A stretch of 64,000 nucleotides of DNA from an uncultured Candidatus Entotheonella sp. (GTDB lineage: Bacteria; Tectomicrobia; Entotheonellia; Entotheonellales; Entotheonellaceae): NCBI GenBank assembly GCA_965217185.1, contig OZ244252.1, positions 1,024,001-1,088,000 of the forward strand. The letters run 5' to 3'. Below, piece by piece: positions 29,355-41,202 of the stretch; position 1 is the stretch's first letter; the number at the start of each line of letters is the position of its first letter. The notes beneath the pieces were generated by a model, which saw only the letters and a list, made by a program, of their open reading frames with translations, was not told the origin of the DNA and searched no databases. The position numbers and the translations under genes were made by a program.

Positions 29355-29932
29355 TGACGTCTCTCCTTCGTCTTTCTTCCGCTGAGGCATTTTCTCAACC
29401 ATTCCCTTATGTCATTTCTCCTGAAACTCTTGACTTGGCCGTCAGTTGCCGGATTCTTGCTTGGCTTGAATCAGATGCTCCTTGGCGGTTGGTGGAAACG
29501 GACTTTTATGAACAATTCGAGTTCAGCCTTTCAGATAGTCAGCTACCCCCCGATTTGGCCTTCCTACGTTCATCTGAGTTCCTGGCGGCAGTGAAAGCGC
29601 GTATGGCTGTTCTCTTCGGGGCTGTGTTGGGTGAGCGAGTCGATGCCACAGTGCATCGACTCGTGTCGGGTCAACGTATCCGTCTCCACAATGACTTCAT
29701 TGGGGGTGCTGAGACGCACCGGCTCTTGATCCAGTTGAACCGGGGATGGAAGGACGAGAACGGGGGATTTCTCCTCTTCTTCAACAGCGCGGATCCCTCC
29801 GACCTGCATAAAGTCTTTCGCCCAGTCCACAACAGTGCCGTGGGATTTGCCATCACGCCGGAGTCGCATCATGCCGTCTCCACACTCCACGCCGGAGAAC
29901 GCTTCACCCTCGTCTACTCATTTTATGGATAG
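29345..29932 (+). CDS. 2OG-Fe(II) oxygenase (YhhC-like)
   Basis: IRLHNDF (HxD), ETHRLLIQLN, SHHAVS, RFTLVYSF. Confidence 0.85.
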   Translation: MSVMTSLLRLSSAEAFSQPFPYVISPETLDLAVSCRILAWLESDAPWRLVETDFYEQFEFSLSDSQLPPDLAFLRSSEFLAAVKARMAVLFGAVLGERVDATVHRLVSGQRIRLHNDFIGGAETHRLLIQLNRGWKDENGGFLLFFNSADPSDLHKVFRPVHNSAVGFAITPESHHAVSTLHAGERFTLVYSFYG

Positions 29933-30812
29933 CTCGCGTTTGCACCTTTTGAATCACGCTATCAAGAGCGCCCTCGCAAATCCATATCCCGACCCGTGGC
30001 TGCCGGATCTGACGACTTCGCTTGCCGAGTGGGGAGATCAGGGGTTGCGCAGTCGTACCGGGATAACGGCCGCTGATTACGGCACAGAGCGCGTGCTGGC
30101 AGGGAGTGTCGAGGTGCCTCGACATGTGGCAGCGCGTCTACCATCTCGGGTTGGCGTCGATGGGCCGACACGCCAAATGGCGGTCGAATTTTTGACGGAA
30201 GCGTGCAGTGGGCCATATTGCGATATCGGGCTTTGCTTCTATACACCCGAGGAGGTGGCGAACTCGGCCGTTCCATGGTGTTTACAAGACGCCATAGATG
30301 TCCTGGTCCGGGTTCCGACCCTCCAAGCAACCGTCGCAACACTGATACGGACCTGCCATGTCCTGATGCCGGAGAATGACGCCTACGACGTAAGCTACAG
30401 CGACCCGCTTGTCCCCTTTTCTGCCTTTGTTTCAGTCCCTCAGAGGCGTGGACCGACGGAGGCGTTGCGTGTTGCGGAGTCTCTGGTGCATGAGGCCATG
30501 CACCTTCAATTGACGCTGATTGAACGGCTCCTGCCTCTTGTTGAGGAATCGGATCAGACGTACTTTTCTCCCTGGAAAGGAACGCAGCGGTCCCCGCGAG
30601 GAGTTTTGCATGCGTTATACGTTTTCCGGGCTATTGACAGCTTCTTTGGGCGACTGCTGGCACTTCCCGGCTGGCCTGTTGTCTGCGTGGGCCACATGCG
30701 CAGACGGCGTTGTGAAATTGCTCGGCAAATTTCGGAAGTCAGAGCGTTCAAAGACCATCCGGCTCTGACGGAGGCGGGAACCTGTCTTGCGGGGTTACTC
30801 GTTTGCGGCTGA
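29925..30812 (+). CDS. HEXXH-motif RiPP modification protein (aKG-HExxH-type beta-hydroxylase)
   Basis: SYSDP, ESLVHEAMHLQL, YFSPWK...RSPRGVLHALYVF. Confidence 0.82.
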   Translation: MDSSRLHLLNHAIKSALANPYPDPWLPDLTTSLAEWGDQGLRSRTGITAADYGTERVLAGSVEVPRHVAARLPSRVGVDGPTRQMAVEFLTEACSGPYCDIGLCFYTPEEVANSAVPWCLQDAIDVLVRVPTLQATVATLIRTCHVLMPENDAYDVSYSDPLVPFSAFVSVPQRRGPTEALRVAESLVHEAMHLQLTLIERLLPLVEESDQTYFSPWKGTQRSPRGVLHALYVFRAIDSFFGRLLALPGWPVVCVGHMRRRRCEIARQISEVRAFKDHPALTEAGTCLAGLLVCG

Positions 30813-31595
30813 AGGAGCGGTGGAGTTGAGGAAGTCTTGTGCCATAGCGCTATATTTGGCTTCGCAACTCGAATGGTGTCGGATGCGTTCCTCGGCCTCC
30901 TTGATTTCCTTCATCAAGTTTGTGACATCGTTTCCCGACTTTGCCAACTTACGACACGCCTCCAGCCCATCGTGCAATGTCTTCAAAATGGACAGATGAC
31001 TGCGACGCTCGTTTCGAAGTTCCCTTCTCATTAAGCCTAGGGCCCGGATAGTCTGTCTCCCCTTATCGGTGTCGCCGATAATAACTTCCCCACGAAAGTG
31101 AAGGTGCTTCCGAGGGTCTTCTTGGGCTGGATTAATCAAGAGCGGCCGTTCCTTCGTTATGTCATCGTGATGGCTCACGGCTCGTTTCGTCTCATCCAAT
31201 AACGGAAACAGATTCCGCTTGTGACTTGTGTTGCATTTCTCACAGCTAAACAACAGATTTTTCCAATCATAAGCGAGCCAATAATAGCCGGGGCGCTGCA
31301 GGTGCTGCTGTTCATTCTGTTGTATCCCTCCCTTTGGCCGGAAATGTTCGACAACACCGTAAGAAGTGGAGAGGAACTTTGACTCACAGTAACAGCATTT
31401 GCCGTATTGAGCCTTTTTCAACATGTCCTTCACATTCTCAGCAGCATAAATCCGGGTATAGAACCGGAACTTTGTCAAACCAGTACGATAATTGCTCGAA
31501 TTCTGATCGTAAGCCTCACAATCCTTTCTGGTTTGTTTTGTCCCACCGTTTTTCAGGATTTCAGGAACTTCAGCGGGTTTTCGGATACGGATCAT
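30795..31595 (-). CDS. HNH endonuclease (Septu PtuB / retron-effector-like)
   Basis: KCCYCE, VEHFRPKG, YYWLAYDWKNLLFSCEKCN, LLINP. Confidence 0.85.
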   Translation of the reverse strand: MIRIRKPAEVPEILKNGGTKQTRKDCEAYDQNSSNYRTGLTKFRFYTRIYAAENVKDMLKKAQYGKCCYCESKFLSTSYGVVEHFRPKGGIQQNEQQHLQRPGYYWLAYDWKNLLFSCEKCNTSHKRNLFPLLDETKRAVSHHDDITKERPLLINPAQEDPRKHLHFRGEVIIGDTDKGRQTIRALGLMRRELRNERRSHLSILKTLHDGLEACRKLAKSGNDVTNLMKEIKEAEERIRHHSSCEAKYSAMAQDFLNSTAPSAANE

Positions 31596-32989
31596 GATTC
31601 AGGAAATTGTTCCCTCAGTTTAGCCGCCATCCGCCGAATCAGATCCATGTCGGCTTGATCTTCCTGAATTTCGGCAGTCGGCAGGTTTTCCAGCTTCTTG
31701 TCTAATTCCTTGAGACACTTCTCCTCGGATGCGTCCAGGGCGGTCCCTTTGGCCAGCAGTCTATGGCGGTCCGCAATAAGGCTTTCTATCTCTTTACTTC
31801 GTGCGGGTATGTCGAATAGGTCACTGGTAAGGATCTGGTCTACTCTCCAAGCCTTGACGAACTGGGGCCGGTTTTGAATTACCACCTGACCGTCAATTCG
31901 GTTCAATACCGCTAAGTTTGCGTTTGCCGCTGCCTGGACCACTAAGGGGCTATGAGCAGTAGCGATAAATTGGGTCTTGGGGAAATAATGAGTCAAGTGG
32001 TCCATTATCTGGAGTTGCCACCTCGGATGGAGGTGGAGGTCAATTTCATCGATGAGGACGATAGCTGCTTCAGACAAAGGATTCAGGCTATCAGGGTAAC
32101 GTTCGTAGAGACGTGAGGCCAAGTCAATCGTCCAGGCTAGCGTTGTCTGGTAACCGAGACTTAGGCCTGAAAGCGGAACGGGTCCATAGGGCGTTCTGAA
32201 TCGGACCCCGCTTGGCTCATCAGGATACCCCAAGACTTTTGGCCCCAAGATCTCGATATCCTGAATATCGGGAAGTATAGCGGCAAGAATCTGTTTGATC
32301 CGTTGTAAGCGTTCCTCATCCCGCGGCTTCCCGCTTTTGGCCGCGAGATAGTCGAGGTCCAGTAGAATCTCCTCAGCATCGTAAAGTTCTGTTGAACCAG
32401 AGAAAAGCGAGGCCAATGGGTCGGAAAGATCAGCGTTGTCCAGATTTGAGGAACCCATGTAACGGGCGGCGTCGTATGCGAATATTGGAAAATTGAGAAG
32501 AGTCATGTCTAGGCGATTAGGGAAACGGTTTTTCGTTGGCACTCGCTTTTGAAGTTTGCCATCCTCGCCTACCATTCGTACATTTGTCTTTATCCTCTGG
32601 ACCCCGCGTCTTTGCCGCATCCCTAATCCTTGACCTACGCTGAGGGTTGCCTTGAGGTCCAGTTGAACCTTCGCTTCTAGCCGGAGAAGCGAATCCAATA
32701 CCGGATTCTCTTGGTAATCCAAGGCTGGTTCGATCGTATCGGGATCTTTTTCTTTCGTATCGGGATCGTTTTCTTTCGGAGGTTCAAAAGCGGGAACCGG
32801 CCGCATCCAGCCCAGACACTGTAACAATGTTGTTTTCCCCACCCCGTTATCTCCAAGGAGCAAGGTCCATTGAGCCAGCCTGCCTTCATCATCCGTGAAT
32901 TCGAGTGTCTGGCGTTCTCCAAAGCAGCGCACATTTTTCAACTCGAGAGAGGTGAAATAGATGGGCGGTTGATTTGCAGACTCAGCCAT
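31592..32989 (-). CDS. AAA/ABC-type ATPase (Septu PtuA-like)
   Basis: GDNGVGKTT, LSLGYQ, LIDEIDLHLHPRWQ, QFIATAHSP; ATGA-coupled to the HNH gene. Confidence 0.85.
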   Translation of the reverse strand: MAESANQPPIYFTSLELKNVRCFGERQTLEFTDDEGRLAQWTLLLGDNGVGKTTLLQCLGWMRPVPAFEPPKENDPDTKEKDPDTIEPALDYQENPVLDSLLRLEAKVQLDLKATLSVGQGLGMRQRRGVQRIKTNVRMVGEDGKLQKRVPTKNRFPNRLDMTLLNFPIFAYDAARYMGSSNLDNADLSDPLASLFSGSTELYDAEEILLDLDYLAAKSGKPRDEERLQRIKQILAAILPDIQDIEILGPKVLGYPDEPSGVRFRTPYGPVPLSGLSLGYQTTLAWTIDLASRLYERYPDSLNPLSEAAIVLIDEIDLHLHPRWQLQIMDHLTHYFPKTQFIATAHSPLVVQAAANANLAVLNRIDGQVVIQNRPQFVKAWRVDQILTSDLFDIPARSKEIESLIADRHRLLAKGTALDASEEKCLKELDKKLENLPTAEIQEDQADMDLIRRMAAKLREQFPES

Positions 32990-33198
32990 AGGTTACCTTT
33001 CTTGGGCTGCTTCAGCAGTTGAGGGCCTGACGCAGCAGAATGTTTCCTTCGTTTCGCAGGCGACAGAAGCATGCCTGAGCAACTTGTCAAGCACCTCGTC
33101 TTAGCAACCCGCCCTATTCCGGAAAATGGTATCTCCCTCCACTGAATAAGAACACCAGACCCTACCATGCTGCGGGCGTCGCCTCAAACGGACCGGGC

Positions 33199-33879
33199 TC
33201 AGGCTTGAAAGACCGCGTCGACGCAGCGCTGCACCCACCCGACCACCGTATCCAACCCCTCGCCGGTCAGCAGGTTGGTGAAGATGAACGGCTGATCGCC
33301 GCGCATCTTGCGGGCGTCGCGGTCCATGACCTGGAGGTCGGCGCCGACGTGGGGGGCGAGGTCGATCTTGTTGATGAGCAGGAGGTCGGAGCGGGTGATG
33401 CCGGGGCCGCCTTTACGGGGGATTTTGTCGCCGGCCGCGACGTCGATGACGTAGATGGTGTAGTCGGCCAGTTCGGGGCTGAAGGTGGCCGCCAGGTTGT
33501 CGCCGCCGCTCTCGACGAAGATGAGCTGCAGGTCGGTAAAGCGCTCCGCCAAGCCGGCCATGGCCTCGAGATTCACGGAGGCGTCTTCCCTGATGGCACT
33601 GTGCGGACAGCCGCCGGTTTCCACGCCGACGATGCGCTCGATATCCAGGGCGCCGCTGCGACAGAGGAATTCGGCGTCTTCTCTCGTGTAGATGTCGTTG
33701 GTGACCACTGCGAGGCGGTAGCTGTCGCGTAATGCCTTGCAAAGCCGGTCCACCAGAGCTGTCTTGCCGGAACCGACCGGCCCGCCGACACCGATTGTCA
33801 GGGGCTTGGGCGCCTTGCCGGGCCAGTCAAACAACGCCGCATGATGGCTGTGCGGCGCCTCTCGATACACGTCGTGCAT
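33199..33879 (-). CDS. ureG: Urease accessory GTPase
   Basis: [38 protein letters not shown]. Confidence 0.97.
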   Translation of the reverse strand: MHDVYREAPHSHHAALFDWPGKAPKPLTIGVGGPVGSGKTALVDRLCKALRDSYRLAVVTNDIYTREDAEFLCRSGALDIERIVGVETGGCPHSAIREDASVNLEAMAGLAERFTDLQLIFVESGGDNLAATFSPELADYTIYVIDVAAGDKIPRKGGPGITRSDLLLINKIDLAPHVGADLQVMDRDARKMRGDQPFIFTNLLTGEGLDTVVGWVQRCVDAVFQA

Positions 33880-33914
33880 CCTGTTTCTCCCTCATGCGTG
33901 AATGAATTCTGCTC

Positions 33915-34643
33915 TCACGAACGGCACAGGCGGGAATACAGCCGCTCGTGCTGCATGCTGCGAATGTCCAGCCCTGGCGCGCCGTTCCAGGCGTCTTCTG
34001 GGGTGAGGTGGGCGTAGCGCTGCACCAACTCCAGACAACACGGCTGCAATTCGTGCAGCAGCCGCTGACCGTCGGATTGGCCAAGCGGCACCAGCCGGAC
34101 GGCGGCGGCGGTCAGGCTGGCGGCCACCGTGTAGAGATAGGCCAGCAAGAAACTTGTCTCCGGCAACCCCAACTCGTGCGCTGCCAGACCGAAAACGACA
34201 GCGTGATGACCTGGCGTCTCGCCCTGCTGCACCTGCTCCCAGAAGCCCCGCACCAAGCGCGGCGGAGATAGCGCCATAGAGGCGCGCATGAACGATCTGC
34301 CGACGTGCTGGCTCTCCAGGCGTAATTCGCGCGGCACCTTCGTGGCGGCCAGCAAATGGTCGAGGTCTATCAGGGACGACAGTTTGACGTCGGCGACCTC
34401 GGGCCCGGCGGCAAGACGATGGGCGTGGGCGCAGAACACCACGTCGGTGGGGCCGATGGCGTGGGTGAACAGGTCGGCGAACAACTGTTGGCAGGAAGCG
34501 CGGTCGCGCACCAAACCCGCCGCCACGTACATCTCCAGGGCATGCGAAAAGGCGAAACCGCCGGTGGGAAAGAATTGATCGCTGGTTTGCAGCAGGTGCC
34601 ACAGGGCTTGGCCGCTGGGGAGGGTCTGCGCGCCTGTGAACAC
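33915..34643 (-). CDS. ureF: Urease accessory protein
   Basis: FPTGGFAFSHALE, AVRLVPLGQ, HERLYSRLCRS. Confidence 0.92.
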   Translation of the reverse strand: MFTGAQTLPSGQALWHLLQTSDQFFPTGGFAFSHALEMYVAAGLVRDRASCQQLFADLFTHAIGPTDVVFCAHAHRLAAGPEVADVKLSSLIDLDHLLAATKVPRELRLESQHVGRSFMRASMALSPPRLVRGFWEQVQQGETPGHHAVVFGLAAHELGLPETSFLLAYLYTVAASLTAAAVRLVPLGQSDGQRLLHELQPCCLELVQRYAHLTPEDAWNGAPGLDIRSMQHERLYSRLCRS

Positions 34644-34650
34644 TGGCGCC

Positions 34651-36362
<1,712 letters not shown>

Positions 36363-36366
<4 letters not shown>

Positions 36367-36755
36367 GCCTGCCCTCCTCCCTGTTCCGCCTCGGCGTTGC
36401 CGAATCCCTCGCTCAGCGCGCGGGCCAGCGCCTCGGCGCGCCGCTCGTCGGTCAGCGGGCCGTTGCACAGGTTGTTGACGCCGTACATTTCGCGCCGACC
36501 GGCAAAGGCGACGAGCGTCACCTGCTTGCGGTCGCCCGGTTCGAACCGTACGGCGGTGCCGGCGGGGATGTTGAGGTGCATGCCGAAGGCCGCGGCGCGG
36601 GGAAACACGAGCGCCTTGTTGACCTCGAAGAAATGCACGTGCGAGCCCACCTGAATCGGGCGATCGCCGTGGTTGGCGACTTCCACCTCGGCGGTGTCAC
36701 GATCCACGTTTGCCTGTACCGGCTCGGCGCGTAAGATGTACTCACCTGGATTCAT
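36363..36755 (-). CDS. ureB: Urease beta subunit
   Basis: [36 protein letters not shown]. Confidence 0.97.
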
Positions 36756-37075
36756 TGCTCTTGCCCCTCCCCTGCCCGCAGCGGATCGTGCACCGTCACC
36801 AGCTTGGTGCCGTCCGGGAAGGTTGCCTCCACCTGCACTTCGGTGAGCATAGCCGGAACGCCCTCCATGACCTCATCGTGGCGCAGAATCTGCCCGCCGT
36901 AGCGCATCAACTCCGCCACCGAGCGCCCGTCGCGGGCGCCTTCCATGATCTCCGCGGTGATCAGGGCCATCGCCTCCGGGTAGTTCAGTTTCAAACCTCT
37001 CTCCCGGCGGCGGCGTGCTACGTCCGCAGCCACGAACACCAGCAGTTTGTCCACTTCGCGCGGTGTCAAGTGCAT
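36752..37075 (-). CDS. ureA: Urease gamma subunit
   Basis: [38 protein letters not shown]. Confidence 0.97.
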   Translation of the reverse strand: MHLTPREVDKLLVFVAADVARRRRERGLKLNYPEAMALITAEIMEGARDGRSVAELMRYGGQILRHDEVMEGVPAMLTEVQVEATFPDGTKLVTVHDPLRAGEGQEQ

Positions 37076-37101
37076 GCGACAAGTCCTCCCCGCAGTCCAC
37101 C

Positions 37102-38439
37102 CTACAACGTGTAGCCGGCCTCGTTGTGCTGACTCAGGTCGAGGCCCATTTGCTCGTCTTCCTGCGAAACCCGCAGGCCAACCGTCATATCCAGGACCTT
37201 GAGGATGATCCAGGTCACTACAGCGGCGTACACGCAGGTCGCGACGACGCTGACAATCTGCGGCCCCATCTGCGCCACGTTGCCGAAAAACAGGCCGTTC
37301 GTGCCGCCAATCGCGGCGGCGGCAAACAGGCCGGTCGCAATGGCACCCCAGGCGCCGCCGACCCCATGCACGCCAACAACGTCCAGCGAATCGTCGTAGC
37401 CCAGACGGACCTTGATGACCACGGCGCCGAAGCACAACAAACCGGCGACGATGCCGATGAGGACTGCCGAAAGCGGCCCGACAAAGCCCGCCGCCGGGGT
37501 GATCGCTACCAACCCCGCGACCGCGCCGGTCGCGGCCCCCAGCATGGTGGGCTTGCCGGAGTGGCGCCACTCGGCGAACATCCAGGTCATCGCTGCAGCC
37601 GCGGCCGCCGTATTGGTGCTGACAAAAGCGAAGGCCGCTGTCTCGTTGGCGCCCAGGGCGCTGCCGGCGTTGAAACCGAACCACCCGACCCAGAGCAGGG
37701 CGGCGCCAACGACGGCAAGCGGCAGGTTGTGCGGCGGCATTTGCTCATCCGGAAAACCGCGGCGTTTGCCCAGCACGATGGCGCATACCAGCGCGGAGAC
37801 GCCGGAACTGATGTGCACCACGGTACCGCCGGCAAAATCCAGCGCCCCCATGGCGCCGAGCCACCCGCCGCCCCATACCCAGTGGGCCAGCGGGTCGTAC
37901 ACCAAGGTGCTCCACAGCAGGCCGAAGATCAGGAAGGCGGAAAACTTCATGCGCTCGGCAAAGGCGCCCGTGATGAGCGCCGGGGTGATGGCCGCGAACA
38001 TGCCCTGAAACGCCATGAACGCTAGGTGCGGAATGGTGTCGGCATACGGGCCGGGCTCGCCCCCTACTCCTATCAGGCCGAGATAATCGAGGTTGCCGAT
38101 CACGCCGCCAATATCCGGGCCAAAGGCGAGGCTGTAGCCCCACAACACCCACTGTACGCTGATCATGGCCAGCAGAATAAAGCTCTGCATCAGGGTGGCC
38201 AGCACGTTCTTGCGGCGCACCAAGCCGCCGTAGAACAGCGCCAGGCCCGGCGCCACCATCATCAAGACGAGCACCGACGAGGTCAGCACCCAGGCCGTGT
38301 CGCCCGCGCTGCCGACAACTCGGGCAGACTCTTCCTGCGCCTGCACCACGCCCGGCGTCAGACACATCAGCAGGCCAAAACACGTCCCTATCGTGGTAAA
38401 AACCTGAATCCGCACTTTGTCAATCAGCCTCGCGAACAT
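37102..38439 (-). CDS. amtB: Ammonium transporter
   Basis: [45 protein letters not shown]. Confidence 0.96.
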   Translation of the reverse strand: MFARLIDKVRIQVFTTIGTCFGLLMCLTPGVVQAQEESARVVGSAGDTAWVLTSSVLVLMMVAPGLALFYGGLVRRKNVLATLMQSFILLAMISVQWVLWGYSLAFGPDIGGVIGNLDYLGLIGVGGEPGPYADTIPHLAFMAFQGMFAAITPALITGAFAERMKFSAFLIFGLLWSTLVYDPLAHWVWGGGWLGAMGALDFAGGTVVHISSGVSALVCAIVLGKRRGFPDEQMPPHNLPLAVVGAALLWVGWFGFNAGSALGANETAAFAFVSTNTAAAAAAMTWMFAEWRHSGKPTMLGAATGAVAGLVAITPAAGFVGPLSAVLIGIVAGLLCFGAVVIKVRLGYDDSLDVVGVHGVGGAWGAIATGLFAAAAIGGTNGLFFGNVAQMGPQIVSVVATCVYAAVVTWIILKVLDMTVGLRVSQEDEQMGLDLSQHNEAGYTL

Positions 38440-38512
38440 CGTTTCCCCCCTATGTTTCTGCCGGACGCGCAGATCTCGGCGCCCTTCTCTCCCTCTCTCT
38501 CCCTGCCCGCGG

Positions 38513-39400
38513 CTATTTGCGCCATCTCACCGCCGGATATCCCAACAGGCACCGCCGTGCCCGATCCCATACGGCATGTAAGGTACAGCTTACCGTGGCA
38601 TGGTCCTCAGCCAGGAGGCGGACAACAGCACCACCCCGTTCCAGAGCCGTAGCACCCCCGATACAACGCGGGCGATCCGCCACGAGGCGGTGCAGATCGT
38701 CGGCCAACTCGCCCGCTGCGCCGCAGGACTCGCTCAATACGTACAGGGTGCCCAGGTAGTTGAAGCCTTCTAGCAGCCCCAAGCCGCTTCCACCGTCCCA
38801 GCTTAGCGGCTGCAATCGGGTGCGCTCGCGCAACAACACCCGGCCTTGTGTGTCCAACACGCTTAACCCGGAACTGTAGTCGCGATACGCGAATGCCTCG
38901 CCGCGCGCCAAACGCCCCGGTGCAACGATCTCCATCAGCACGGCAACGGCGCCGCTGCCGAGATGCACCGACATTTCTTGGTGAAACGCGGATCGGGCGA
39001 AGGGAATGATCTGCTCCGGCAGGTACTCGAAGACAGCCCCGGCTTGCAGAATGACCTCGAAACGCTGGCGTGCCATGCTGTCCGGCGAGGCATAAAGCTT
39101 GGTTGCCGACGCCGTGGTCATGCAGGCACGAGCACCGGCTTCCAGCGTGACCATGATCGCGTAACGGTCACCGCCGACCACCCCACCGCCAGGACTCAGC
39201 AGGTAGATGTAAGCCGTACCGGTGTCGTCCAGATAGTAGGGCCGCATGATCTGCAACGGGGTTCGGAAGTAGGCGTCCCGCACCACGGTGCGTTGCCCCG
39301 ACTGCCGCAGGCTGAGTTCTACGACACCCCTGTTCAGCGGTCGCCGGCTTTCAGTCACCTGTTCCTCGTTGTCGTTCCAGATTTCTATACGGTTCATCAA
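38513..39400 (-). CDS. ureD: Urease accessory protein UreD/UreH
   Basis: SPGGGVVGGD, TTASATKLY, EYLPEQIIPF, PGRLARGEAF; start uncertain. Confidence 0.9.
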   Translation of the reverse strand: MMNRIEIWNDNEEQVTESRRPLNRGVVELSLRQSGQRTVVRDAYFRTPLQIMRPYYLDDTGTAYIYLLSPGGGVVGGDRYAIMVTLEAGARACMTTASATKLYASPDSMARQRFEVILQAGAVFEYLPEQIIPFARSAFHQEMSVHLGSGAVAVLMEIVAPGRLARGEAFAYRDYSSGLSVLDTQGRVLLRERTRLQPLSWDGGSGLGLLEGFNYLGTLYVLSESCGAAGELADDLHRLVADRPRCIGGATALERGGAVVRLLAEDHATVSCTLHAVWDRARRCLLGYPAVRWRK

Positions 39401-39464
39401 CGTTCAATGTCGTACCCTGCCGGCGGGCGGGCAGGATACCACAAAGCTTTGGGGGCATCCACAG

Positions 39465-39481
39465 AGCAGATCAGCCGCCAG
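39465..39481 (-). promoter_or_regulatory. Possible sigma54 promoter for the ureD-amtB-ure operon
   Basis: Minus strand CTGGCGGCTGATCTGCT: GG-N10-GC spacing but imperfect consensus. Confidence 0.4.
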
Positions 39482-39602
39482 ACGCAACGATTTGCGCCTG
39501 CCTGTTTGACGCCGTATGCTACTGTCGCGCGACTGGCGGAAGGCCGTAACGGTGCGCCGGAGTTCACGGCGAGGAGGTTTCGGGAAACAGAGGAGAAACA
39601 TC

Positions 39603-40250
39603 ATGCCCGAGGAAACCGACCTGTTTCACATCATCCATACCACTCGCGCCATGCGCCGCCTGAAGCCGGATCCGGTGCCCGATGCGCTGATCCGCCGCAT
39701 CCTCGAAGCGGGCATCGCCGCCGCGAATGGCAGCAATCGGCAGACCTGGCGCTTCCTGGTGATCAAAGATGAGAAAATCAAGAAGCAGGTGCAAATCTTC
39801 TACAAACGCGCTTTCGACGAAGTGGTTGGGCCGCGTTATTTCGCCAGCGAGCCGCCGCCGAGCGTGACGCGCGAACGCTACATGCGTCAGCACGCCGCGG
39901 TGGCGTATTTGACGGACCATTTCCACGAAGCGCCGGTATGGATCGTGGCTTGCCTCGACGAGGGGACGGCGCAGCCCAGCCGCATGTCCGGCGCCTCCAT
40001 CTACCCGGCGGTGCAGAACATGCTGCTTGCCGTCCGCGCCCTGGGGCTCGGCACCACCCTGACGACGCGCCACCTGCTGCACGAAGAGGAAGCCGAGGCG
40101 GCGCTCGGCCTGCCCGCCGGGGTTCATTCGTATGCCATCCTGCCGATCGGCTACCCCATGGGCCGCTTCGGACCCGTCAGCCGCGGCCCCTTGGAAGATA
40201 TCGTCTACGAGGACGAATGGGGCAAGCCGTACTCCGGTCTGCAGTCGTAA
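39603..40250 (+). CDS. Nitroreductase family protein
   Basis: TTRAMRRLKPDPVPD, NRQTWRFLV, ASIYPAVQNMLLA...LG, PIGYP. Confidence 0.9.
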   Translation: MPEETDLFHIIHTTRAMRRLKPDPVPDALIRRILEAGIAAANGSNRQTWRFLVIKDEKIKKQVQIFYKRAFDEVVGPRYFASEPPPSVTRERYMRQHAAVAYLTDHFHEAPVWIVACLDEGTAQPSRMSGASIYPAVQNMLLAVRALGLGTTLTTRHLLHEEEAEAALGLPAGVHSYAILPIGYPMGRFGPVSRGPLEDIVYEDEWGKPYSGLQS

Positions 40251-40281
40251 GCCGATTTACCACCTCACCGATGGAGCCTTC

Positions 40282-41076
40282 ATGTCCACGACCGACCCGA
40301 TTCTCCTGACCATTGATGGGGCGATCGCCACCGTCACCTTTAACCGGCCCGGACGGCGCAACGCCATCACCTTCGCCATGTGGAACCACTTGCAGCGCCT
40401 GCTGGTCGATTTGAAAGAGACCCCGGCGGTGCGCGCCATCGTCTTTCGAGGGGCCGGCGGCGAGGCGTTTTCGGCCGGCGCGGACATCAGCGAATTCGCC
40501 ACGCACCGCAACAATGCCGCCAAGGCCACGCTGTACAACGCCGCCTTTGATGCCGCTATGGACCTGGCGGAGGCCGTTGGAAAACCGACCCTTTGCCTGA
40601 TCGAGGGTGCCTGCGTCGGCGGCGGCTGCGAGTTCAGCACCGCTTGCGACATCCGCATCGCGTCGGAAACCGCCCGCATGGGCGTGCCGATAGCACGGCT
40701 CGGGTTGCCGATTGCCTACCGCGAAATGCGCCGCATGGTACGCCTCATCGGGCACGCCAAGACTATGGAACTGCTGCTCACCGCCGCCATTATTCCGGCC
40801 GCGGAAGCGCACGCCATTGGCCTCGTCAACCACGTTGTGCCGACAGAAGAAGTGGCGGCGTTTACCTACGACATGGCGAACGAGATTGCGGCCTTGGCGC
40901 CGGTGGTGCACCGCGTGCACAAGGAAATTCTGCAAACCGTCCTGGAGCACCCGGCGTTGGAGGAACTGACACCGGCCCATCAGGCGCTGGCGGTGTCGCC
41001 CTACGAAACGGAGGATTTTCAGGAGGGATGGCGCGCCTTCCTGGAGAAACGCCCGCCGCAGTTCCAGGGCCGTTAG
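40282..41076 (+). CDS. Enoyl-CoA hydratase/isomerase family protein
   Basis: FNRPGRRNA, AFSAGADI, GACVGGG, EDFQEG..AFLEKRPPQF. Confidence 0.9.
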   Translation: MSTTDPILLTIDGAIATVTFNRPGRRNAITFAMWNHLQRLLVDLKETPAVRAIVFRGAGGEAFSAGADISEFATHRNNAAKATLYNAAFDAAMDLAEAVGKPTLCLIEGACVGGGCEFSTACDIRIASETARMGVPIARLGLPIAYREMRRMVRLIGHAKTMELLLTAAIIPAAEAHAIGLVNHVVPTEEVAAFTYDMANEIAALAPVVHRVHKEILQTVLEHPALEELTPAHQALAVSPYETEDFQEGWRAFLEKRPPQFQGR

Positions 41077-41202
41077 CGCGGCCGGCGCGGGGGAAGAAAA
41101 AACAACCTTCATGCTGTATGATGGGCGCCTTCAGGGCTTTGGCGCAGAAACCAATTACCGTCCGGGCTTGTCAATGGGGGCCGGGTTGTACAAAGGGGAG
41201 AC

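Noticed and set aside
32730..32770. Short duplication DPDT...DPDT in the ATPase
   Set aside because: Two-copy in-frame loop duplication with no evident significance
30795..32989. Retron system
   Set aside because: The ATPase/HNH effector is present but no reverse transcriptase or msr-msd was recognised
36752..37684. 310-aa extended UreA
   Set aside because: The upstream part is an alternative frame of amtB; UreA similarity starts at 37075
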